Below are positions 30,311 through 37,903 of a DNA stretch of 64,000 nucleotides, piece after piece. Position numbers and translations under genes: made by a program. The notes under the pieces are model-generated. The model worked only from the letters and a program-made list of their open reading frames with translations. It was not told the origin of the DNA and did not search any database. This stretch comes from an uncultured Acidobacteriota bacterium (GTDB taxonomy: Bacteria > Acidobacteriota > Thermoanaerobaculia > UBA5066 > Gp7-AA6). The stretch covers positions 11,127-75,126 of the forward strand of contig CAWALG010000041.1 of assembly GCA_963782815.1 (NCBI GenBank), in the 5' to 3' direction. Every line of letters starts with the position of its first letter. The first letter of the stretch is position 1.

Positions 30311-31683
30311 CGGGACCTGGAGCGCCCCTCGCTCGCCTGCTCCTCGTCGAGGACGACCGGGAGCTGGCGGAGCAGCTGCGCTGGGTTCTCAAGGGAGAGT
30401 TCGCGCTGACCCATGCGGCCGACGCGACGACCGGCCGGGCGCGATTGGACGACAAACCGGACCTCTGCCTCTTCGACCTGCGGTTGCCGCCTTCCGGGCA
30501 AATCGAGGAGGGCCTCTCCCTCCTGGCCGAAGCGCGCCGCCGCGACCCCGACGCGACGGTCGTGATGATGTCGGGCGAACAGGACCGCCAGGCCGCTCTG
30601 CGCTCGATCGAGCTCGGGGCGTTCGACTTCTTCCGAAAGCCCGTGGACGGCGCCGAGCTCCTGATCATCCTGCGCCGCGCGCTCGAGCGCCGCCGCCTCC
30701 TGGACGAGAACCGGGACCTGAAGGAACATGCCCGCGAGGCGGTCCGCTTCGACCGCCTGATCGGCGCGACCGCCGGCATGAAGCGGCTCTTCTCCGACAT
30801 CGAGAAGATCGCCCCGTCGGACGCGACGGTGATGCTCCTGGGGGAGAGCGGGACGGGCAAGGATCTCGTGGCCCACTCGATCCACGAGAGGAGCCCCCGG
30901 CGCAATAATCTGTTCGTCGCGGTCAACGCCTCGGCCCTCCCCGAGTCGCTCGCCGAGTCGGAGCTCTTCGGCCACGAGAAGGGCTCCTTCACCGGCGCCG
31001 TGGCGTCCAGGCCCGGCCGCTTCGAGCTGGCCCACAAGGGAACGATGTTCCTGGACGAGATCGGGACGCTCACCCCGGCCATCCAGTCCAAGCTCCTGCG
31101 CGTGATCGAGACCCACGAGGTGGAGCGCGTCGGCGGCCGTCGGAGCACCCCGGTGGACTTCCGCCTGATCACCGCCACCAACGAGGACCTGGAGTCCCGC
31201 GTCGCCGCCGGCACGTTCCGCGAGGACCTCTTCTACCGCATCAACACCATCGTCATCCGCATCCCGCCCCTGCGCGAGCGGGCCGACGACATCCCCCTCC
31301 TCTGCGACCACTTCCTGGAAAAGTTCTCCGCCCGCCACAAGAAGCCCCGGCGATCTCTCTCCGCCGGGGTCCTCGACCGCCTCCGCGCCCACCCCTGGAA
31401 AGGCAACGTCCGCGAGCTGGAGCACGTCATCGAGATGCTCGTCCTCTTCTCCACCACCGACGCCATCGGCGAAGAAGACCTCCCCCGAGTCCTCCGCCAG
31501 AGTCCCTCGTCCGCCTCCAAGTCCCAGGGTCCTGTTACCTTCTCGAAGGCCGTCGAAGACTTCGAACGCAAACTCCTGACCGAAGCCATAGCCGAGTCCG
31601 GCGGCGTCAAAGCCGAAGCCGCCCGCCGCCTGGGCCTCGACAGCAACCAAATAAAATACCTCTGTCGAAAATATGAAATCTAG
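30307..31683 (+). CDS. sigma54-dependent response regulator (REC-AAA+-HTH, NtrC family)
   Basis: GTG 30307 overlaps the kinase stop. LLLVEDD…DLRLPP…, Walker A GESGTGKD, GAFTGA-type loop ESELFGHEKGSFTGA, C-terminal Fis-type HTH AARRLGLDSNQIKYLCRKY. Confidence 0.93.
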   Translation: MTGPGAPLARLLLVEDDRELAEQLRWVLKGEFALTHAADATTGRARLDDKPDLCLFDLRLPPSGQIEEGLSLLAEARRRDPDATVVMMSGEQDRQAALRSIELGAFDFFRKPVDGAELLIILRRALERRRLLDENRDLKEHAREAVRFDRLIGATAGMKRLFSDIEKIAPSDATVMLLGESGTGKDLVAHSIHERSPRRNNLFVAVNASALPESLAESELFGHEKGSFTGAVASRPGRFELAHKGTMFLDEIGTLTPAIQSKLLRVIETHEVERVGGRRSTPVDFRLITATNEDLESRVAAGTFREDLFYRINTIVIRIPPLRERADDIPLLCDHFLEKFSARHKKPRRSLSAGVLDRLRAHPWKGNVRELEHVIEMLVLFSTTDAIGEEDLPRVLRQSPSSASKSQGPVTFSKAVEDFERKLLTEAIAESGGVKAEAARRLGLDSNQIKYLCRKYEI

Positions 31684-31783
31684 GCCGAAACTCGATCGAA
31701 GGCCGGGTAAGAATTCAACCATTGGTGTGGATTTTGATCAGGTCCAGGGATCTATGACGGGCGGATATTGGTTCTCAAGTCAT

Positions 31784-31798
31784 TCTCCTTAAAGGAGA
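31784..31798. promoter_or_regulatory. perfect 15-nt palindrome TCTCCTTAAAGGAGA upstream of the sigma54 promoter
   Basis: Read directly. It lies about 30 nt upstream of the -24 element, in an AT-richer intergenic stretch. Confidence 0.35.
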
Positions 31799-31827
31799 TC
31801 ACGGTCTTGGCCGTGGTCGATTCGGCT

Positions 31828-31842
31828 TGGCCCTACTCTTGC
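31828..31842 (+). promoter_or_regulatory. sigma54 (-24/-12) promoter TGGCCCTACTCTTGC
   Basis: GG-N10-GC spacing is identical to the consensus TGGCAC-N5-TTGC. It sits 34 nt upstream of ATG 31876 and directly downstream of a sigma54 activator gene. Confidence 0.75.
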
Positions 31843-31875
31843 GGTAGGAGCGGGTGAGGAAAGGGGGAAAACACA

Positions 31876-32409
31876 ATGGCGAAGGAAGTTCGGATCGAGT
31901 TGACGGCGACTCAGAAGGCGAAGATCAAGGCGGCGACGGGCAAGGACATGTCCGAGATTCGCGTCTCCAGCGTGGGCAGCAATCCAGCGCTTTCGGCGCC
32001 CTCAGCTCGAACGGCCAACACGGCTCGTACGGCGAGGAGCGCGGACACGGCTCGTACGGCGAGGAGCGCGGACACGGCTCGTACGGCGAGGAGCGCGGAC
32101 ACGGCTCGTACGGCGAGGAGCGCGGACACGGCTCGCACGGCGAGGAGCGCGGACACGGCTCGCACGGCGCGGAGCGCGGACACGGCTCGCACGGCGCGGA
32201 GCGCGGACACGGCTCGCACGGCGAGGAGCGCGGACACGGCTCGCGGCACGGCGAGGAGCGCGGACACGGCTCGCACGGCGCGGAGCGCGGACACGGCTCG
32301 CACGGCGCGGAGCGCGGACACGGCTCGCACGGCGCGGAGCGCGGACACGGCTCGCACGGCGCGGAGCGCGGACACGGCTCGCACGGCGCGGACGAGCGGC
32401 GACGTCTAA
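31876..32409 (+). CDS. tandem-repeat small protein: 45-aa unique N-terminus + about 14 x (TARTARSAD)
   Basis: ORF 31876..32409 with RBS GGGGGA. MAKEVRIELTATQKAKIKAATGKDMSEIRVSSVGSNPALSAPSARTAN, then the repeats. Both nucleotide polymorphisms among the units are synonymous only in this frame. Confidence 0.65.
   Translation: MAKEVRIELTATQKAKIKAATGKDMSEIRVSSVGSNPALSAPSARTANTARTARSADTARTARSADTARTARSADTARTARSADTARTARSADTARTARSADTARTARSADTARTARSADTARGTARSADTARTARSADTARTARSADTARTARSADTARTARSADTARTARTSGDV
32019..32392 (+). repeat. 27-nt tandem repeat: 13 full units (one of 30 nt) plus one truncated
   Basis: Unit CACGGCTCG(T/C)ACGGCG(A/C)GGAGCGCGGA. Units start at 32019, 32046, 32073, 32100, 32127, 32154, 32181, 32208, 32235 (30 nt), 32265, 32292, 32319, 32346 and 32373 (partial). 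Confidence 0.97.
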
Positions 32410-32433
32410 GCCCTCAACAGTCATCATTTCCCG

Positions 32434-32468
32434 GAGAAGAGCGCCCCGACGGGCGCTCTTCTCGTTTT
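32434..32468. terminator. hairpin terminator between convergent genes
   Basis: GAGAAGAGCGCCC-cgac-GGGCGCTCTTCTC followed by GTTTT. The T-tract overlaps the stop of the M50-HlyD gene. Confidence 0.75.
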
Positions 32469-34678
32469 ACCAGAGAATGGTCTGAAGCCAGCGGCGAGTC
32501 GTCCTCCAGACGCCGGCCGCGAAGGACGAGCGTTTGGAGTAGATCTTTGCGCGTACGAGATCTCCTGGGCGGAGCTCGTCGTTGGGGTTTTCGAAACGCG
32601 CCACCGCCGCGAAGCGGTCCGGCCGGATCTCGGGGGCCTCGGGCTCAGCCTGCCCTGTCAGGCTGCGGGGCTGTCCCAGGGTTGCCGAAGAGATCCTCAC
32701 GATCGTTCCGCTGACCGGGCGCAAGGGCCGCTGCGGCAGAAAAGCGCGTACGGGCGCCCCAACGCTCAATTCGTCGAGCCGGCGCTCGGAGACAGGCAAT
32801 TCGGCAATCAGGGTGTTGCAGTTCCCCACCTCGGCGAGAAGTGTTCCTGCCGTCACGAAGCGTCCCGCGAGGTCCTCAGGCCGGTGCGTGAGGATGCGTC
32901 CGGAAATCGAGCTGTGGAGCGTCAGGCGGCGCTCTCTCGCCTGCTCGTTCCGGACGGCCGTCAGCGCTGCAGACTCGAGGAGTTCTTTCTCGCGAACGCC
33001 ACCCGCCGAGGCATTCTCTCTGGCTCCCCGAGCGGCGCCCGCCAGACGTCCTCGTTCGCTCGCAAACCGTGCCTGCATTGGCCCCCGGGAGCAGGTTCGA
33101 CAGCTGAAATAGAGGCTCGCCGGCTCGAACCGCCGATCCCTCGCGGGCCAGGACGCCGGTCACGATCCCGTCTTCGGAGGCCTCAATATTCTCGACGGCG
33201 CCGGGGCGAAGAACGCTCTCGCTGCTGATCGTCCGTCGAGTCCAGGGAACCAGGAGCAAGAGCACCAGGGCCGCCACGGCAAGGGCGATCCAGCTTCGGC
33301 GAGACATGAGAAGCTCCTTCTTGTCCAGATAAAAGAGACGAGCGGTGCGCGTCACGAGACGAACACGCTTCCGGAAGATGCGGTAAAGGGTCAGGAGCAG
33401 CAGAATGATCGCGACATCGGGGAAGAGCTTGTTGTAGAGATTGAAGAAGATCCCGCCGATCAACCGCATGATGACCGCCGTGTAGGCGAGGGCGAGCGTT
33501 CCGTAGATCAGGAAGATGTGCCGGCGGCGCCGAGAGACCCGCGGGACCTCGACCGGCAGCCTCAAGACGTATCTCTGAAACGCGGCTCCGATGTACTTGA
33601 ACGAGTCTTCCCGGAGATCGGGCATCTCCAGGAAGCTCGTCAACGCGTAGTAGCCGTCGATCTTGATGAGCGGATTGATGTTGAAGAAGATCGTCGAGAT
33701 GCCGGTGAAGAGCATCGTCTTGTAGGCGATCTCGTTGATGAAGGTATCCGGGTAGGAAAGCACCCATAGCAGCGTTGCGCCCGAGCACACGAACCCTTCG
33801 ACAAAAATCCCCGCGGTTGTCACCCAGAGCCGGTGCCACTTGCTCTCGAACAGGAGCGCATCGATGGTGTCGCAGTAGAAGGCGGGCGTGAAATACAGGA
33901 GCGCTATGCCTATGTCGTGGACCTCTCCTCCGTAAATCTTGGTGGCATAAGCGTGGCCGAACTCATGAAAGAAACCGAGGAAGGACAGGATGAAGAAGAA
34001 CTGAATCGCGTCGATGAGTGGTTTATGCAGGAACGCATAGAGCTCGTAGGTCCCGGCCCAGAGCTGTTGAAGATGGAGGGCGAAAACGCACACCGTCCAG
34101 GCCACGGCGACCGACCAGACGGCCACTACGGGCGGAGTCCATATCCACCGCACGTACTTGACGGTTCGGTCCAGGAATCGATTCGGGTCCAGCACGTGAA
34201 AGAGAATGTAGAAGGGGTTGAACCCTTCCGCGCGCTCTTCCGCGGCGCGCTGGCGCGCGGTCTTCATGTTTTGGAGGAGTTCGAGGTTCCGCGCGGCTGA
34301 GGACTGTGCGAGAAGGAAGATCTTTCGGAGCATCTCTTCGTAATTCAGGACGACACCCACGTCGATGGGGTCGAATGGATAAAGCTCGTTGTAGTCGATG
34401 ACGATCTCGTCGCGCGTCCGAGAGCCGTCCATCAACTCGATCAGGCGCCATTCGTGGTCGTAGAAGAGATAGTGCTTCAGCGTCTCGGTGTTCTTGACCC
34501 ACCAGCGAACCTCGCCCATCTGAACCTGTCGGCGCACGACCGCGTCGGGACGCAGACTGGGTCTCTCTTCCGCTGAGCCGTGGCGGGCGGCGAGCGCGGC
34601 GGCGGCCTTCTCCGGCGTCGAGGCGGCGACGAGCGGGACGAAACCGGTCCTGCGAGTCGAGCGGCCGGGCGTGCTCAC
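32467..34678 (-). CDS. PqqD-like domain - M50 (site-2-protease-like) metalloprotease - TM - HlyD adaptor fusion, frameshift near 33080
   Basis: ORF 32876..34678 contains …HYLFYDHEWRLIELMDGSRTRDEIVIDYNELY… (PqqD/RRE-like), HEFGHAYATKIYGG (HExxH) and NINPLIKIDGYY (NxxPxxxxDG). It continues in frame into MSRRSWIALAVAALVLLLLVPW…IVTGVLAREGSAVRAGEPLFQL. ORF 32467..33078 supplies the rest of the HlyD barrel. Confidence 0.8.
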
Positions 34679-37089
34679 GGAAGAATCGGCCAGAGCTTGG
34701 CGTAGAGCCAGCGGGCGGGCTTGCGCAGGATCAGGGTGATGATCTTGCGATTCCCCGCGCGGATCTTGGCCTTGCCGAGCATGCCGGTCTTGAGCGCTCC
34801 GTCCGGATTATCGACGCCGATCTCCGCGATGACGAAGCGGTCCTTCCCCTCCTCGCGAATGCGGGCGCCGAGGCGTGTGACGGCACCGTGGAACGTGCGG
34901 GTCGGATACGGATTCAGCTTTACGTCCGCTTCCTGGCCAGCCTCGACGAGGGAGGAATCCTCCTCGGGGACGGCCGCCTCGACGGTCACCTTGCCGACGT
35001 CCGCGACGACGCAGAACTCCGCGCCCCGGACGAGGTTCTGGCCGACTCGCTCCTCCAGCCTCGGCGTCACGATGATGCCGGCTGCGGGCGCGCGCAGTCG
35101 CGTAAAGTCCAACCGCTGCTGTTCCATGGCCAGTCGCGCTCGGAATTCCTGCACGCGGGCCTTCGCTTCGAAAAGAGCAGGCGCGTTGCCGGACTCGCCA
35201 CTTTTCGCCACGTCGCTTACGGCGATCGCATACGCCGCCTGCGCGTTTGCGAGAGCCGCCTGGTAGCTCTCGTCGTCGAGCGTCGCGATGACTTCGTCCT
35301 TCGGCACGACATCTCCTTCGCGATGCCTCACGGATGCGACGATGCCGTCCACGCCGGCGGTCACGATGGCGCGGCGGCCGGGGAGGATGCGCGCGGGTCC
35401 GGCGATGCGCAGGCGCCAGGGGACCAGGAAGAGGATGACAGCCAGGGCGGCGAGCCCGATTCCCCAGCCCAGCCGCCGGCTCCTCGGGATCGCGAGGACC
35501 TTGCGGCGTTTCTCGAGGAGGGGCTTCCAGAAGCCGGCCAGCGGGACCTGCTGGTAGAGCTGGGCGTTGCGGACGGCGACGGTCGCCTGGTTGACGAGGA
35601 TGGCAAGCAGGTCGCGCGTGTCCTCGTCGAAGACGATCGGCTCGCGGCATTCGAAGGCGAGGACGCCGAGCTTTCCTTCCTCGTCCTTCAGGGTCGTCGC
35701 GTAGAAAGCTCTGAGTCCGGTCTCCGAGAACAGGGCGCGGAATTTCTCTTCGGTTTCCGGCCGGTCGGCGAGGAGCGTGCCGTCCTCCTGCTGGGTGACG
35801 TTGACGTCCGACCCGGAAAGGAAGACCCACTGGAGAAGGTCTTCCGTCCGTTGGATGTCCGGGCTCTTCCGGTCGATCTCGGCCATCCCGGAGACGGCTC
35901 CCAGACGCAGCTTCCCGCGGCTCTGGATCGCGATCGCGCAACGGTCATATCGGATCAGGGCCGCGGTGGCGTTCACGATCGTCTGCATGACCCGGTCGAG
36001 GTCGAGCGTCGCGGTGATCTCGCGGCTGACGGCGAGCAGGGCGTCGAGCTCCTCGACCTTCTTTTCCGCCTCGTACTGCCGCGCGTTGCGCAGCGCCCGG
36101 ACGGCCTGGCGAACGAGATCCTGGAGCAGCTCCTCGTCGTCGGCAGTGAACTCCGGGTGCCGGCCGCGTTTGTTGACGAGCACGAGCGCCCCGACGGGTT
36201 TCTCCTCTTCCAGCAGCGGAAGGGCCAGCACCGACCGGACGGGGTAACCCTCGTTCTCCCTTGCGAGCGGGTCGTCGGCGGGGATGGCGTTTCGCCGGGC
36301 GATCTCCTGCTCGGCCAGCAGGTCTCCGACGATCGACCCGCCCACGGCATCGGGGGCGTTACTCACATCGTAGTTCTCGTTGACGGCCGTGCCCGCCAGC
36401 ACGACATCGGTCGTCTCGCCCTGCAACAGCCAGAAGGAGGCGACCTCGGCGACGCCGAAGTCCACGGCCTTGCGAACGATGATGCCGTTCAGCTCCTCCA
36501 GATCGATCGTCGAGCCGAAGGCCTTGGAGAGGTCGTAGAGGTTGGTCAGGCGCTCGATGGCCTGGAGCATGCCGACCGTTTTCTTCTCGGCTTTCAGGGC
36601 GAGGTCGAGCGCCGGGGCCGCGTGCCGCACGAAGGATTGGAGAACCGCGGCCCTCGGCTCGGCCTTCTGCGGCTGGTCGAAGAGGAGAGCCATCAGCCCC
36701 ACGACCTGCCCCTCGGCCTCGAGCGGGATCGTGAGGCAGGTCTGTGTCGCGGCGGGAAGACCCTTCACCAACGGATCCTGGGAGGAAGCGATCTCCTTCC
36801 GATCGAGCGCCGTCGGGCGGCGGTCGCGCAGCAGGGCATGAACGGTCCCCGATTCCCGCGGGACGGAGCGCCGGAGAAAGACCCGAGTGCCTTCTCCTTC
36901 GGTTCCGACGCAGACGAAGATCGGAATGGCGGCGTCGGGAGTCCAGATGAGCGCCCCCTCGGCCCCGGCCAGGCGGGCGCTCCACCGGGCGAGCCAGGTG
37001 GCCGTCTGCGCCAGGTTCTCGCAGCGCGCCAGCTCAGCGAGAGCCGCCGCCTCCGTCCTGTCTGAGGCGCCCTCCGCTTGGTCGGCCAT
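34675..37089 (-). CDS. 3 x GAF - TM - HlyD-type adaptor protein (804 aa)
   Basis: ORF 34675..37089. Three GAF-like blocks (…LTIPLEAEGQVVGLMALLF…; …VLALPLLEEEKPVGALVLVNKR…; …FYATTLKDEEGKLGVLAFEC…). TM segment LGWGIGLAALAVILFLVPW. Then IVTAGVDGIVASVRHREGDVVPKDEVIATLDD…RAPAAGIIV…. Confidence 0.85.
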   Translation of the reverse strand: MADQAEGASDRTEAAALAELARCENLAQTATWLARWSARLAGAEGALIWTPDAAIPIFVCVGTEGEGTRVFLRRSVPRESGTVHALLRDRRPTALDRKEIASSQDPLVKGLPAATQTCLTIPLEAEGQVVGLMALLFDQPQKAEPRAAVLQSFVRHAAPALDLALKAEKKTVGMLQAIERLTNLYDLSKAFGSTIDLEELNGIIVRKAVDFGVAEVASFWLLQGETTDVVLAGTAVNENYDVSNAPDAVGGSIVGDLLAEQEIARRNAIPADDPLARENEGYPVRSVLALPLLEEEKPVGALVLVNKRGRHPEFTADDEELLQDLVRQAVRALRNARQYEAEKKVEELDALLAVSREITATLDLDRVMQTIVNATAALIRYDRCAIAIQSRGKLRLGAVSGMAEIDRKSPDIQRTEDLLQWVFLSGSDVNVTQQEDGTLLADRPETEEKFRALFSETGLRAFYATTLKDEEGKLGVLAFECREPIVFDEDTRDLLAILVNQATVAVRNAQLYQQVPLAGFWKPLLEKRRKVLAIPRSRRLGWGIGLAALAVILFLVPWRLRIAGPARILPGRRAIVTAGVDGIVASVRHREGDVVPKDEVIATLDDESYQAALANAQAAYAIAVSDVAKSGESGNAPALFEAKARVQEFRARLAMEQQRLDFTRLRAPAAGIIVTPRLEERVGQNLVRGAEFCVVADVGKVTVEAAVPEEDSSLVEAGQEADVKLNPYPTRTFHGAVTRLGARIREEGKDRFVIAEIGVDNPDGALKTGMLGKAKIRAGNRKIITLILRKPARWLYAKLWPILP

Positions 37090-37108
37090 CTCTCGTCCGG
37101 TGTGAGGG

Positions 37109-37444
37109 TTAGAAGCTCGAGACCGCGGTCTCCATGTCGGTGAAGTTCTCGAACACGGAGTCGAGCCTGGTCATCTCCAGGAGCTTCCTGACCTGGGGGC
37201 CGGCGCCGAGGAGCTTGGTCTGGCCGCCTTCCTTCTGCGCGTTGGTCATGGCCCGAACGAGGGCGCCCAGGCCCGAGCTGTCGAGGAAGTTGACAAGCCG
37301 CAGGTCCACGAGGAGGTTGACCTTCCCCTCCTCCAGGAGACGGATGACGGTCCTCTTGAAGAGAGACTCGGACTCGCCGATGGTGAGATCGCCATCGACC
37401 GTCAGGATGGTGACGTGGCCGTCGTCCTTCGTCGTCAGTTGCAT
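37109..37444 (-). CDS. STAS domain anti-sigma-factor antagonist (SpoIIAA-like)
   Basis: ORF 37109..37444: …LLVDLRLVNFLDSSGLGALVRAM…KLLGAGPQVRKLLEMTRLDSVF. 19 nt upstream of the GAF-HlyD gene. Confidence 0.88.
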   Translation of the reverse strand: MQLTTKDDGHVTILTVDGDLTIGESESLFKRTVIRLLEEGKVNLLVDLRLVNFLDSSGLGALVRAMTNAQKEGGQTKLLGAGPQVRKLLEMTRLDSVFENFTDMETAVSSF

Positions 37445-37564
37445 GGAGCGGGGAGATTATGCCGAAAAGACTTCGCGAGGTCCATGCGGCTGATTGATTG
37501 GGCGGAGAGCACGAAAACAGTTGAACGCCGTTCTGGCTATCGAGCCGAGAGATTCGCGCAGTGA

Positions 37565-37600
37565 GCGCCCTCACCCCGCCCCTCTCCCGGGGGAGAGGGG
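37565..37600. repeat. GCGCCCTCACCCC...CCTCTCCCGGGGGAGAGG hairpin element, copy 1
   Basis: Read directly. It abuts the stop of the DUF3309 micro-ORF. Confidence 0.8.
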
Positions 37601-37604
37601 GAAG

Positions 37605-37757
37605 CTAGAGGCGTCCGGTGACGAGGAGGATGACGAGGATCAGCACGACGAGGCCCAGGGTGCCGCTCGGCCAGTAGCCCCAGCCCCGGCTGTGCGGCCA
37701 GGCGGGGACGGCCCCGAGCAGCAGCACGATGAGAACGATGAGCAGGATGAGTCCCAT
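37605..37757 (-). CDS. DUF3309-like 50-aa membrane micro-protein (absent from ORF track)
   Basis: Hand translation from ATG 37757, preceded by GAAAGGAGAA: MGLILLIVLIVLLLGAVPAWPHSRGWGYWPSGTLGLVVLILVILLVTGRL, stop at 37605-37607. Confidence 0.7.
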   Translation of the reverse strand: MGLILLIVLIVLLLGAVPAWPHSRGWGYWPSGTLGLVVLILVILLVTGRL

Positions 37758-37860
37758 GGTTTTCTCCTTTCTTCCTACGCGACCCGTCCGGATGTGGGTA
37801 TGGCGAGAATCGTGCCAAGAGGGGAGCGGGGGTGGGACAGAGAGACGGCGGCGTGGACTG

Positions 37861-37897
37861 CGCCCTCACCCCTTCCCTCTCCCGGGGGGAGAGGGAG
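37861..37897. repeat. GCGCCCTCACCCC...CCTCTCCCGGGGGGAGAGGG hairpin element, copy 2
   Basis: Read directly. It starts 7 nt after the SCPU gene stop. Confidence 0.8.
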
Positions 37898-37903
37898 AAG
37901 AAC

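Noticed and set aside
29588-31683. Naming the kinase and regulator prsK/prsR (PEP-CTERM system)
   Set aside because: The H-box and the receiver segment are reminiscent of that pair. However, the kinase lacks the large membrane domain of PrsK. The only exosortase in the window is 25 kb away in a different operon. No PEP-CTERM substrates are visible.
32019-32392. Possible CRISPR array, given the regular 27-nt repeats
   Set aside because: The units are directly contiguous with no spacers. They lie inside an ORF with an RBS and a promoter. No cas genes are nearby. This is a coding tandem repeat.
31854-32714. 286-aa ORF in the alternate frame across the repeat (GHGSYGEER units), with better-looking GC3 codons
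   Set aside because: It starts inside the 5' UTR with no RBS and runs through the terminator hairpin into the antisense of the M50-HlyD gene. The inter-unit substitutions are non-synonymous in this frame but silent in the ATG-31876 frame. Because indels are common in this assembly, the alternative cannot be excluded completely.
34888-37065. Very long ORFs antisense to real genes: 34888..37065 +, 39151..41529 +, 51169..53640 +, 366..1472 +, 16280..17875 -, 49555..50847 -, 22407..23540 -, 11067..13139 -
   Set aside because: Their translations are Arg/Gly/Pro/Ala-rich and low in complexity. Each mirrors a gene with clear family motifs on the other strand. These are the typical shadow ORFs of high-GC DNA.
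37456-37484. Sigma70-like promoter TGGACC-N17-CATAAT for the STAS operon
   Set aside because: The -35 element matches at only 4 of 6 positions. The ATG lies 11 nt from the -10 element, which would require leaderless translation. This is plausible but too weak to list as a feature.
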